From NCBI RefSeq assembly GCF_009914755.1, contig NC_060928.1: a stretch of DNA of 64,000 nt; one strand, given 5' to 3'. Positions 16,355 to 26,500 of the stretch are shown here, piece by piece (the stretch's first letter is position 1; every line of letters starts with the position of its first letter). The notes beneath the pieces are model-generated. The model was given only the letters and a program-made list of their open reading frames with translations. It was not told the DNA's origin and searched no databases. The position numbers were made by a program, and so were the translations under genes. The stretch comes from the human T2T-CHM13v2.0 reference genome, Homo sapiens.

Positions 16355-17179
16355 ACCACCTGAAAGTCTATGGAAACCTGCTGAAGACATTTTTATAGAA
16401 AACCAAAAAGAAAAAAAAGAGGAAATAAACAAAAGGAAGAGCAAAAGTGAAGTAGTCAGAAAATAGGGATAAAACTAGGTAAAAACAGAGATTCAGAATT
16501 ATTAAACAGAGTAAGGAAAAGTGGAATGTCACAAACTACAAACTTTTTACCACAATCTGCACCTCAACCCTCTCTCCCTGCTTCCAATTTTCCCACACCA
16601 AGCAAAGTTTATTACTGGGTTTAAATTGTTATCCTCAGGCCGAGGTTTGTATACATTTTCCCTCCCCACTTCAAGTGTCACAGGTGCTAGACGCCATCAG
16701 GATAAATGTGGCATATTATTTGAGAGTACTGACTTTTCTTTAAAAGGGGTTTTTGTTAACGTGCGTGTGCTTGTTTTGTTTTTAAAGTTAATTAAGCTAC
16801 AAATAATTTACAGCTTTGTTGTTACCTTAAAATACATATGGCACATTATGGAGCAGGATAAATATTCATACCTATTTTAAAGATCAAAAACAAGACATTA
16901 AAGAAATATTGGTAGGAAGAAATACCTTTGGACTAACTCTCAGAACTCTCATGTGCCTTAGGGACTGAGTTTGTTCCTTTCTTCTATTTGATATGCTTGT
17001 CGGGAAAGCTTGAGATACAGTGCTCCAGGGTTTAACAGGGAAAAGGGACTCAGATTATTGAGGTTCAGCAATGACGGCGATTAGGATGCCCTGTAGTTTG
17101 CCCAAGTCCTCCAGAAAAGGAAATCACTTTTAGTCTTCATTTTACAGCTGGCAGGCACTGTACAAATCAGTCAGCTCAG

Positions 17180-17960
17180 GCTGCGTGGCCCATGTCCCAG
17201 TGCTGTGCAGGACCTGCCTCTATCACCCGTGTGCACTGCCCGGATGGTGCCAAGCGCATTGGAGCACCGGAAGGAGACGCGGAGCCGAGGCCAGGCCTTC
17301 CGGCCGTCGTTACGGGACGCCGCTGCCATCTACAGCACTCCGTGAAGAATATGCTGGCCGCCTTCATCTCCCGCGTGTTGAGGCGAGTTGCCCAGAAATC
17401 AGCTCGCAGAGTGCTGGTGGCATCCCGTAACTCCTCAAATGACGCTACATTTGAAATTAAGAAATGTGATCTTTATCTGTTGGAAGAGGGTCCCCCTGTC
17501 ACTACAGTGCTCACTAGGGCGGAGGGGCTTAAATACTACAGGATGATGCTGACTGTTCGCCGCATGGAATTGAAGGCAGATCAGCTGTACAAACAGAAAT
17601 TCATTCGCGGTTTCTGTCACCTGTGCGATGGTCAGGAAGCTTGTTGCGTGGGCCTTGAGGCCGGCATAAACCCCTCGGATCACGTCATTACATCCTATAG
17701 GGCTCATGGTGTGTGCTATACTCGGGGACTTTCTGTCCGATCCATTCTCGCAGAGCTGACGGGAAGAAGAGGAGGTTGTGCTAAAGGAAAAGGAGGATCG
17801 ATGCATATGTATACCAAGAACTTCTATGGGGGCAATGGCATCGTCGGTGCACAGGGCCCCCTGGGCGCTGGCATTGCTCTGGCCTGTAAATATAAAGGAA
17901 ACGATGAGATCTGTTTGACTTTATATGGGGATGGCGCTGCGAATCAGGGGCAGATAGCCG
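17180..17960. promoter_or_regulatory. CpG-dense region over the PDHA2 promoter/5' UTR and 5' CDS
   Basis: CG dinucleotides and GC content rise sharply against CpG-depleted AT-rich flanks. No TATA box is evident. ETS-type CCGGAAG motifs lie at 17267-17273 (+) and 17297-17303 (-), and a YY1-like GCCAT core at ~17325. Island statistics were not computed. Confidence 0.7.
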
Positions 17961-18517
17961 AAGCTTTCAATATGGCAGCTTTATGGAAATTACCTTGTGT
18001 TTTCATCTGTGAGAATAACCTATATGGAATGGGAACATCTACTGAGAGAGCAGCAGCCAGCCCTGATTACTACAAGAGGGGCAATTTTATCCCTGGGCTA
18101 AAGGTCGATGGAATGGATGTTCTGTGTGTTCGTGAGGCAACAAAATTTGCAGCTAACTACTGTAGATCTGGAAAGGGGCCCATACTGATGGAGCTGCAAA
18201 CCTACCGTTATCATGGACACAGTATGAGTGATCCTGGAGTCAGTTATCGTACACGAGAAGAAATTCAGGAAGTAAGAAGTAAGAGGGATCCTATAATAAT
18301 TCTCCAAGATAGAATGGTAAACAGCAAGCTCGCCACTGTGGAAGAATTAAAGGAAATTGGGGCTGAGGTGAGGAAAGAAATTGATGATGCTGCCCAGTTT
18401 GCTACCACTGATCCTGAGCCACATTTGGAAGAATTAGGCCATCACATCTACAGCAGTGATTCATCTTTTGAAGTTCGTGGTGCAAATCCATGGATCAAGT
18501 TTAAGTCCGTCAGTTAA
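17351..18517 (+). CDS. PDHA2: Pyruvate dehydrogenase E1 alpha subunit, testis-specific form; intronless retrogene of X-linked PDHA1; 388 aa
   Basis: Uninterrupted ORF from ATG 17351 ([20 protein letters not shown], an Arg-rich mitochondrial transit peptide) to TAA 18517. It has the TPP/Mg motif GDGAANQG...ENN, the phospho-loops YGMGTS and [13 protein letters not shown] (Ser291 codon AGT at 18221) and the C-terminus WIKFKSVS. It matches the recalled human PDHA2 sequence and has no introns. Confidence 0.98.
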   Translation: MLAAFISRVLRRVAQKSARRVLVASRNSSNDATFEIKKCDLYLLEEGPPVTTVLTRAEGLKYYRMMLTVRRMELKADQLYKQKFIRGFCHLCDGQEACCVGLEAGINPSDHVITSYRAHGVCYTRGLSVRSILAELTGRRGGCAKGKGGSMHMYTKNFYGGNGIVGAQGPLGAGIALACKYKGNDEICLTLYGDGAANQGQIAEAFNMAALWKLPCVFICENNLYGMGTSTERAAASPDYYKRGNFIPGLKVDGMDVLCVREATKFAANYCRSGKGPILMELQTYRYHGHSMSDPGVSYRTREEIQEVRSKRDPIIILQDRMVNSKLATVEELKEIGAEVRKEIDDAAQFATTDPEPHLEELGHHIYSSDSSFEVRGANPWIKFKSVS

Positions 18518-18604
18518 AGGGAGGCTACGTGTGAATTTATCATCAGTCTCTCAATGGAATGTTCATGGTCAAATTTAAGAAACTGTGTTCTCAACTCAAG
18601 GAGG

Positions 18605-18729
18605 AATAAAACTCATAAAACAAAAGCCTTGTAAGCATTTATTAAAAGAGATTATTAAAAGAGATTGAAAGACATGCATTCAATAAAAGTGATATTATAT
18701 TCAATTATACTGTATTTTTTTGCATTAAA
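18605..18729 (+). terminator. Cluster of polyadenylation signals for PDHA2
   Basis: AATAAA at 18605-18610 and 18682-18687; ATTAAA at 18641, 18654 and 18724; T-rich tract at ~18711-18721 downstream of the second AATAAA. Confidence 0.7.
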
Positions 18730-21004
18730 AGATACTATATAGGTAATAATTTAGTGTGAATATCTTAAAGATTATTTTGAACTTATACAAGTCTAAAATA
18801 GGAAAAGGAGATTATTTAACTTCCCAAACTGTTTGTCATAACAGTTCCATTTGATTTAGCTTTATACTATTTTAATGCATTCTCTTCTTTAAAAGAAAGT
18901 TGTTTCCTGCTTCCCCTGCCATGGGTTTCTATGTAGAATCACCATCCTGAGGTAAGGAGATTATTTCAAGCTACTCAGGACACCTATGGATATGTAACCA
19001 TTTACTTGAATTACCTAATAACGAATACAGTTTAGTGTAACAGTGTGCGCATGCGCACACCCACACACGTGGTGCTGAAGTTTGTTAACACTGACCGTTT
19101 TTCCAATAATATATGATATTTAACAGGGCAGGGGAGGAAGAACAAGGATTTTTTTTTTCATATTATTGTATCTTGTTACAATATTTTTAGTCTTTTAACC
19201 CTTAAGGAAAAATATAGCAAAAATTAAAATCTAGGGGAAAAACTGCATTCCGCTTTAATCTTTAAGTTAAAGCTACTCTTATTTTGCAGTTCATTTATGC
19301 CCTTATATATTCTAAAATTTAATGGGCCATTCTGGTGAATTTCAGACTGAAAAATGAATAAACAGAGATGGTGATTCAAAGAGTTAAGCAGAGGAGGTGA
19401 CATTAATAAAAAGTTGAAAGTAAAATCTACCTTGCTTCTTACTAGCTGTTAACCATGCGTTACTAATCACTACATGATCAACTATTTAGTATCTTTTAAT
19501 GCAACAGAACATTCACAGATAACTTTTTCCAAAGGAACACACAACATGTCTTTTCTGCAGTCCAGCACCATGTCAATTATCAAGTCATGATTTGGTGAAA
19601 GCAGTTTTACATGGTTATATTCGACTACTTAAAATCCTGCTGAGCTTGGTGTTTGGTGTATGTTATTTTTCTGAGAGCAGAGATGATAATTTGCCTGTGA
19701 TTTAAGAATAGTAGGTGGAACATACCAAAACAGTCAAAGGTTAACCCTTTTTCTTTACTGTACAGCATCTACTTCTACAAATAGAACCTAGATTCTAAGA
19801 AATAAGAAAACCAAAAGCTCAGAGGCCTGGGAGAAGATGAACATATGTACATATATATACAGGCTTAATCTCCGTATCTTCTCCCAAACAAGTTTAAACA
19901 GGTAAGATAACCTAACATTCCGAATTCGGAAAGCAAAGATAAACATTGTTTTGCTTATATGTAAGTGATATTACTAGCTAACATGTTTTGATTAGAACAC
20001 CGCAGTTGTTCAGAGGTGCTTGGATTGGATTCCTACAATTAAAAACAAAAAAGGATTTTTCATACGACATTCAGAATAATAAGTACATCCTTCTAATGAT
20101 AAAGAATTCTTTTTATTTTTACATACTGATATTTTCACATATTTGCAAGTGGAAGATAAACTGCTCAATTAAGGCTATTTTACATATGCAATATACAGAA
20201 ATAATTTTTAAAGTTTTTCAGTAGATTCTTTTGATGACAGCAAAAATTAAGATACAAATAATTGATTAGAAATGAAACCATCCCTAAATCAAGATACATA
20301 GATATTGTACTTCACTTCAGGGAAATAATCCAAATTTTGTTGTTAGAGGAATAAAGCATGTTTGTCACAACACAATATATGTTATCAAATTCCATTAAAG
20401 AAGGAGGTTTTCAATGTTTTCTATATTAAACAATGTTCAGATTTCTTGCATACATTGAGTAATTATAATCATATCACTGGTTACGCACAATTCTGTAATC
20501 ATGCAAAACAAAAAAAAGCAACCGAAAAATTCAAACATGTTGTTTTCAATTAGGTCAAGATTTATTGCTTGACTAATGATAGCAATAATTTATCAAGCTG
20601 TAAACAAGAGAGGTGTAGAAATCTAGCAATTGGATTCTATTTCTTGTCTATAGTACTGGGTTACTCAATCTGTTTTATCCTCACGTTAAAATACCTACTA
20701 AGTTATGATAGTCATAATAAGAATTTCACTGCTGCAGCAAAGCTAGACTATCTGCGAAAAGGAAGAGTTCCTAATTTCTTAATCTTTATGATATGTTATA
20801 ATGATAAAATATCATGTAGTGTGTGTGGAATGGAATAAGAAAGAAAGGAGCTTAAAGATTTATAAAGGGTATACTAGATTAGAATTACATTTTTTAAAAA
20901 AAAATGGACATGTCTTCCCATCTAGTGTACAAAAACCAGAGCATATGGTTACAAAAATTTAACTTGAAATTTTGTAAGAGCTATGTTTTAAAAATTGAAA
21001 CATA

Positions 21005-21432
21005 ATTTTATAATTGAAATATAATTTTTACATATGCAATATACAGAAATAATTTTTAAAGTTTCACCCTTCTAAAAGTGCACAAGTCAATGATTTTAGT
21101 ACATACACAAGACTATGCAATCACCACTGTCTAATTCTAGAATATTTTTATAATTCCCATTTTCAGTCAATCCTATTTCCCCTGGCAACTACTAATCTAC
21201 TTTTTGTCTCTAGATTTGCCTATTCTGGACATTTCATATAAGCCACACAATATGTTGGTCCTATATGACTGGCTGCTATCCCTTAGCTTAATGTTTTCAT
21301 GTTTCGTCCATGCTGTAGCATGTATCAGTACTTTAGTCTTTTTATGGCTGAATAACATTTCCATTTTATTTATCCACAAGTTATTGAAGATTTAGAATTT
21401 TTTTTCTACTTTTTGACTATTATGAATAAAGT
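21005..21432 (-). mobile_element. L1MB/L1ME 3' end fragment
   Basis: ccctggcaactactaatctactttttgtctctagatttgcctattctggacatttcatata...catgctgtagcatgtatcagtact is typical antisense L1MB 3' UTR. Confidence 0.8.
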
Positions 21433-21714
21433 GTTGCTGAGAAAAAATTCAATCACAAAGACAATAACAATTTTCAATGTATTGGCTAATGCAAACAATA
21501 TCCCTTACGATGCAATCCCTTTTGATTATAAACAAATAATGATGAAGAAAAGTGTTAAAATACTTTAAGCCTGATATTTATCAACTTACATAATCTATTG
21601 CTCCAGTTGGATTTAGAATTACAATTTTAGATTTGCATAAAATTTGAGAACAGTATGCAGATGTACCACATGCCCTGCACCCAATTTCCCTTTTATTAAC
21701 ATTTTATATTAGTT

Positions 21715-22045
21715 TGTGGCAAGGAAAGAGTAAATTCAGCAGGCTTGAGTTACTCAAAGCCTGCACATTTAAGGAAAGACCTCTTTTCACACTCCTGGGA
21801 GATAATCTCTGAACACCTTGGAATATTCTACCTGATATGAATGTTTTTGTGAGCCTCAGGCCTTGGGCCATACTATGCCAATATGACCAGATTAGCTTAT
21901 CTTAATGATGTGTCCCTCTTTTACTCCATTGAGAAGATATACCTGGAAACTTCTGCCTGCTTTCTCTTGAACTTCTCTTCATGTGTCTTTTTCCTTTCCT
22001 AATTTTAATTTGTATCCTTTCACTGTAATAAACCATAAGAAAAAA
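21715..22045 (+). mobile_element. MER21-like LTR, internally deleted
   Basis: Begins tgtggcaaggaaagagtaaattcagcaggc; contains ctcctgggagataatctct...cttggaatatt and ttttaatttgtatcctttcactgtaataaaccataa. Confidence 0.6.
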
Positions 22046-22155
22046 CAATCCAGTTTTTTTAATTATACAGAATAAGAAGCTATATATAAAAGAGGAGGTC
22101 CAGAGATATTAAGTGGCTAATTCAGGTTCACATAGTAAGTGATAGTGATAGCTAT

Positions 22156-22529
22156 TGTTATCAGTCCATTCTCATGCTGCTATAAGGACATACCCGAGAC
22201 TGGGTAATTTATAAAGGAAAGTTTAGTTGACTCAGAGTTCAGCATGGCTGAGGAGGCCTTGGGAAACTTAACAATCATGGCGGAAGGGGAAGCAAACACA
22301 TCCTTCTTCACAAGGTGGCAAGAAAAAGAATGGGAGCAGAGTGAAGGGGGAAGCCCCTTATAAAACCATCAGATCTCCTGAGAACTTACTTACTATCATG
22401 AGAATAGCATGGGGGAAGCCACCCCCATGATTCAATTACTTTCCACCAGGTCCATCCCATGACATATGGGGATTATGGGAACTACTACTGAAGATGAGAT
22501 TTGGGTGGGGACACAGCCAAACCATATCA
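22156..22529 (-). mobile_element. THE1 solo LTR (THE1C/D-like, ERVL-MaLR)
   Basis: Ends gagatttgggtggggacacagccaaaccatatca (reverse complement of the THE1 start). 5-bp TSD GCTAT (22151) / GCTAC (22530). Confidence 0.92.
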
Positions 22530-22539
22530 GCTACTAATC

Positions 22540-22750
22540 ATAGCCACTATTCTATTTTACTAGACTGCTTTTGTGTACAAGACACTATGCTTAGTATTTT
22601 GTATACATTGTCCCACTTGATGTTTACAATATCCACATAATATAGGCATTATAATCTACATTTTACGAAAGAGGAAATTGAGGCACAAGTAAGTTGCTTA
22701 AGATTTTGCAGTTTACAAATGGAGGATGCAGGATTAAAAGCCAGGCAACA
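22540..22750 (-). mobile_element. MIR
   Basis: cattttacgaaagaggaaattgaggcaca...agttgcttaag MIR core. Confidence 0.65.
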
Positions 22751-22969
22751 AAATCCATATTTTGAAAATTACTTTTTTGTACTGCTTTGTACAGTAATAA
22801 CCAACCACAAAATCTGTTCTAAAAAGGTTCATTAATAAATGAATGAATACAATTAAACTAGAACTAAGGGATTTTATCAATTACTATGAACTGAGTCTAG
22901 ATTGCAGGCCTAGAGTAGAAACACATAGACCAAGATTGGGAGGAAAACAGACACAGGATATAGGAAGTA

Positions 22970-23503
22970 AGGCAGAGTAAATATAGCCACAAAAGTTGTG
23001 ATATTCATCCCATTAAGAAATTGGATATATGTCCCTTCCTCTTGAATCTGAGTGAGCTTATGCCACTCTGAACAACAGACACCAGCAGAAATGACACTGA
23101 AATGCAGTTTCAGGGCCCAGGATATGAGAAACAGGCAGCTTTTGCTTCATATCTCTTGGGAACATTCTCTCTAGGAGCTGTGATTCTCCACTTTAGAAGT
23201 TCAAATACACTGAGAACCTCTTGCTAGCGAGGGCATGAGCAGACACTCTGATCACCAGTCCTGGCTGATCTCTGCCTTGCAGCCAAAGCTACAAAGGCAA
23301 CAGACTCTCAGTGAGGCTATCCTAGACCTTCCAGACAGCCCATCTACTAGCTGAAAGCTAACGAGGGATGTCTGGCAAAACAGTACAATCGAAACCAAAC
23401 TCTCCCCAGATTCCCAATGTACAAAATCACAAGGAAAAATAAAAATGGTTGTTTTTAATATTCTAATTTTTGAAGTACTTTGTAGCGATAGATAGCCAGA
23501 ATA
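22970..23503 (+). mobile_element. MLT1H-like solo LTR
   Basis: cccttcctcttgaatctg...gcagaaatgacactg...gaggctatcctagaccttccagac...gatagatagccagaata. Confidence 0.7.
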
Positions 23504-26500
23504 AAAAGGGAGTTTTGACTCAGCAGAAATTAGAATTACATTGCTTATTCAAAGCCAGGGATCTCGGGAGAATAGGTGAAGTTTAGTAAACCAAGTCAGA
23601 ATCAGAAAGCCCAAAGGATATTCCACTGCATAGGTTCATAATTTAGAAGTACCAAGGGAGAAGAGATGGGAATCCAGTAAAAAGAGGGCAGCCCAGGGAA
23701 AAAAATGACAACTGTTAAACATATAATTTTACACCATGTGGGGCTGGTTTCCAGATTAACTAGAATACCTACAACATGCGTTTTGAGGTTTTTAGAGTAA
23801 AATGTTGCCAACCATAGGTTTGGAAACACATTGCAGATTATATTTGCAATTTCAGCAACTTAGATTTGGCTGAGTCCAGGCAGAAGTTTTCTGATTAATG
23901 AGTATTAGGCCTTAATGGGTCAACTCCAGCACTTGAAATGCCAAGGAAGTGTATGAACACTTCGTTGGGAGTGCACAGCTCTTTGTGACTATTCTAGCTA
24001 AGTAGTAAAGAGGAATCCAGGTAGCCAAGGGCTCGAGAATATAGAACCTGAGAAGCAAAGAGGGAATGAAGTCAGGAACCCAGCCAAGTTAATAGCCATT
24101 AGACAAAGAAACAGAAGACTAAATCGGAGGGTAGGGGAAAGAGCGGACTTGAATAATGAACAAGGGTAAGGGAACTAGAATTAGGAGTTGGCATTTGGTG
24201 AGCTTTGTGCTATCACAGGAGTCAATACCTACTAGATGGATTGAATCAGTGGTATCTCATGTCTTGACTGACTCTTTAGAACCTAATGCTTCCTATCCAG
24301 TTTCACTAAGTCTTAAAGCAACCCTTCCTTCATGTGGCGTGGAAATAAATTAGAGTCTGAACTTTGGTGTCATTCAAATCTGGGTTCAAATCACAGCCCT
24401 GTCATCTATGAGAAATGGTATCTTTGGAAAATGAACTAATTCTGTGTATCTTTGCTTTTTCATCTGTAAGAAGTTTAACCCATATGACTGTTGTAAAAGT
24501 TAAATGAAGAACTAAAGTGACATCTAGTCCAGGCATACCCAACGTGATCAATTTCTGTCCATAGGAAGAGAGAGCTTTTCACTTAGAAAAAGAAGAGCAT
24601 TCAGAAGAGACTATCCCATGTCATCTGAAAGCAAGCAAAAATCGTAGGTGTTTTGTATAAGGATCGCAGTGGTCAGAAGAAAATGAGAGCAGTATATGGG
24701 ATATATTTTCTGAAATTCAGCTACCCTTTGTTTTCTTGTGACCCTCTTTATCTTGACCTAAGTAATTCTCCTTCAGCTAGCTTTGGATACAGAAAATAGT
24801 ACAGAAGGGCCAACAAGTATCGACAGTAAGATTAGATGTACAAGCACTGGAAATACCCAATTTGCCCCAAATTTTGTTCAGAACTGGGGTTTATTGATAT
24901 ATCGACTACAGTAAAGTGTGTAGATATCGTGCAGGCACTAAGTTTGTAAGATCAAGGATGTGGAATACTGCTTTTATTGTAATATAGATGACTATAGATA
25001 ACCTAATACTAGCAATTCCCTTAAAATTTGCCCCATTCTTTCTATTGTAGATTCCTTTAAAGGAATGCTCTGAAATAATATTAATAAAAACAATGATCTG
25101 ATCAGGCCTGGAACACAAATCAAACAAAACTCTGCATTCAATCAGCATTATAATTCTTTTCCATTGACTTAATTTATGTCTATTTGATCTATGAGGCTGA
25201 TCTATATAGCAAACAGCAAAGATGTACTGGAATTTGAGAAGAAGAAATGGAAATTTTCTGCTGGCGTTATGCACAGAAAGGAACACAATCAAATTAGGAA
25301 ACACTGAAGAGCGACAAAGACAGTTCATACAATACTTTCCTTTTGACAGGCCAATAAATACTCAAGCTGAATAATTTACCAAAAGAAAAAGGGCTCACTG
25401 GAACCTCATGACCTTTTGAACAATGAGCAGGAGTTCAATTATCCACAAACGTTCTATTAAAAGGCTGCTTTCCAGGACACAGTGTTATTTTAGCAGGCAT
25501 ATGTTAGAATTATTAAAGAGAGGGAAGCACTGCCTTTGTAGTTTCTGTTTCCTGCTATAGTTTGTTACCTTGTTTTTAAAAACTGACTGCCACATGAAGT
25601 AGCACTTTTCCCAAAAAAGGAAAAAAATGGTAGGAGGAAGCAATTATTTTAATAATGATTCTGGCAAGTACGAACTATTAGATTTCACTGGAACACTTTA
25701 TCTGCACGTTACTAGAATGATACTGTCACTTTAGAAAGTATATAATTTGCTTCCATTAGAGACAGAGTAACATGCCAACAGCGCTCAAAGAATTTTCTCC
25801 ATTGCTGTCCACATGGACCACAGTGTTGTGAGCTGCTAATCAATTTCTCAGGTGTATCTAGGCTTCAAGAACTGGAGAGCTTTCTTCTTACTCTATCTTG
25901 TGCAAACTCATATCTTCCCTAAGACAAAGGTCTGTAGAAGTCATGTGTGGAATATCACATATTTTGGAATTAAAGTACTGGAGTTTACTGCTATTATGAA
26001 AGAACATTATGAACTCAGATCTTATAGAGGCAACACAGTTCCTATGATTTAAATTTCTCTTCAATAATCCTTTATCATTTCTCTGTTTTTTGAATATTCT
26101 TCTGAATCCTTTATGTATCTTTCCATATTTTTCTGAATTGCTGAGATTAGAACTAAGAACTCCATACAGTTAAAACTCTGGTCTAACGTTAGTGGAAAAA
26201 CTGTTTCACTATTTTTACATTAATATTGGTTTATTCACCAAATTATACTTACTGAGGAGAAAGAGTTGAATTCTTATGAGAGCACGATCAGCTAAATTCT
26301 CAAATATACCTGCATTCAGACCCAACAGAGGTGGAAGCTTGTCCTTTCCTGGATGAATTAACTTCCTTTGAGTCACTCTTTACTACTCTATTAAAAAAAG
26401 GAGTATCACACTGAACTTGTAGTGCTGTTACGAGGATTAGAAATTAGGTGTATAAAATCCTTTCAGCTTGACACACAGTGAATACTCCATACAGTAGGTA

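Noticed and set aside
17185-17430. 81-aa overlapping + strand ORF
   Set aside because: It starts at GTG, which is not a normal eukaryotic start, and has no homology; explained by GC-rich, stop-poor sequence.
17435-17806. 123-aa antisense ORF (also 17176-17367 and 18098-18307)
   Set aside because: Shadow ORFs of the PDHA2 CDS and GC-rich promoter, with no recognisable domain.
17100-18900. Target-site duplication and poly(A) tail of the PDHA2 retroposition
   Set aside because: No convincing flanking direct repeat was found by eye; the event is old enough for these to have decayed.
24906-25328. 140-aa ORF and other 60-156 aa ORFs across the window
   Set aside because: No recognisable domains; many start at TTG/GTG or lie in repeats; consistent with chance in 64 kb.
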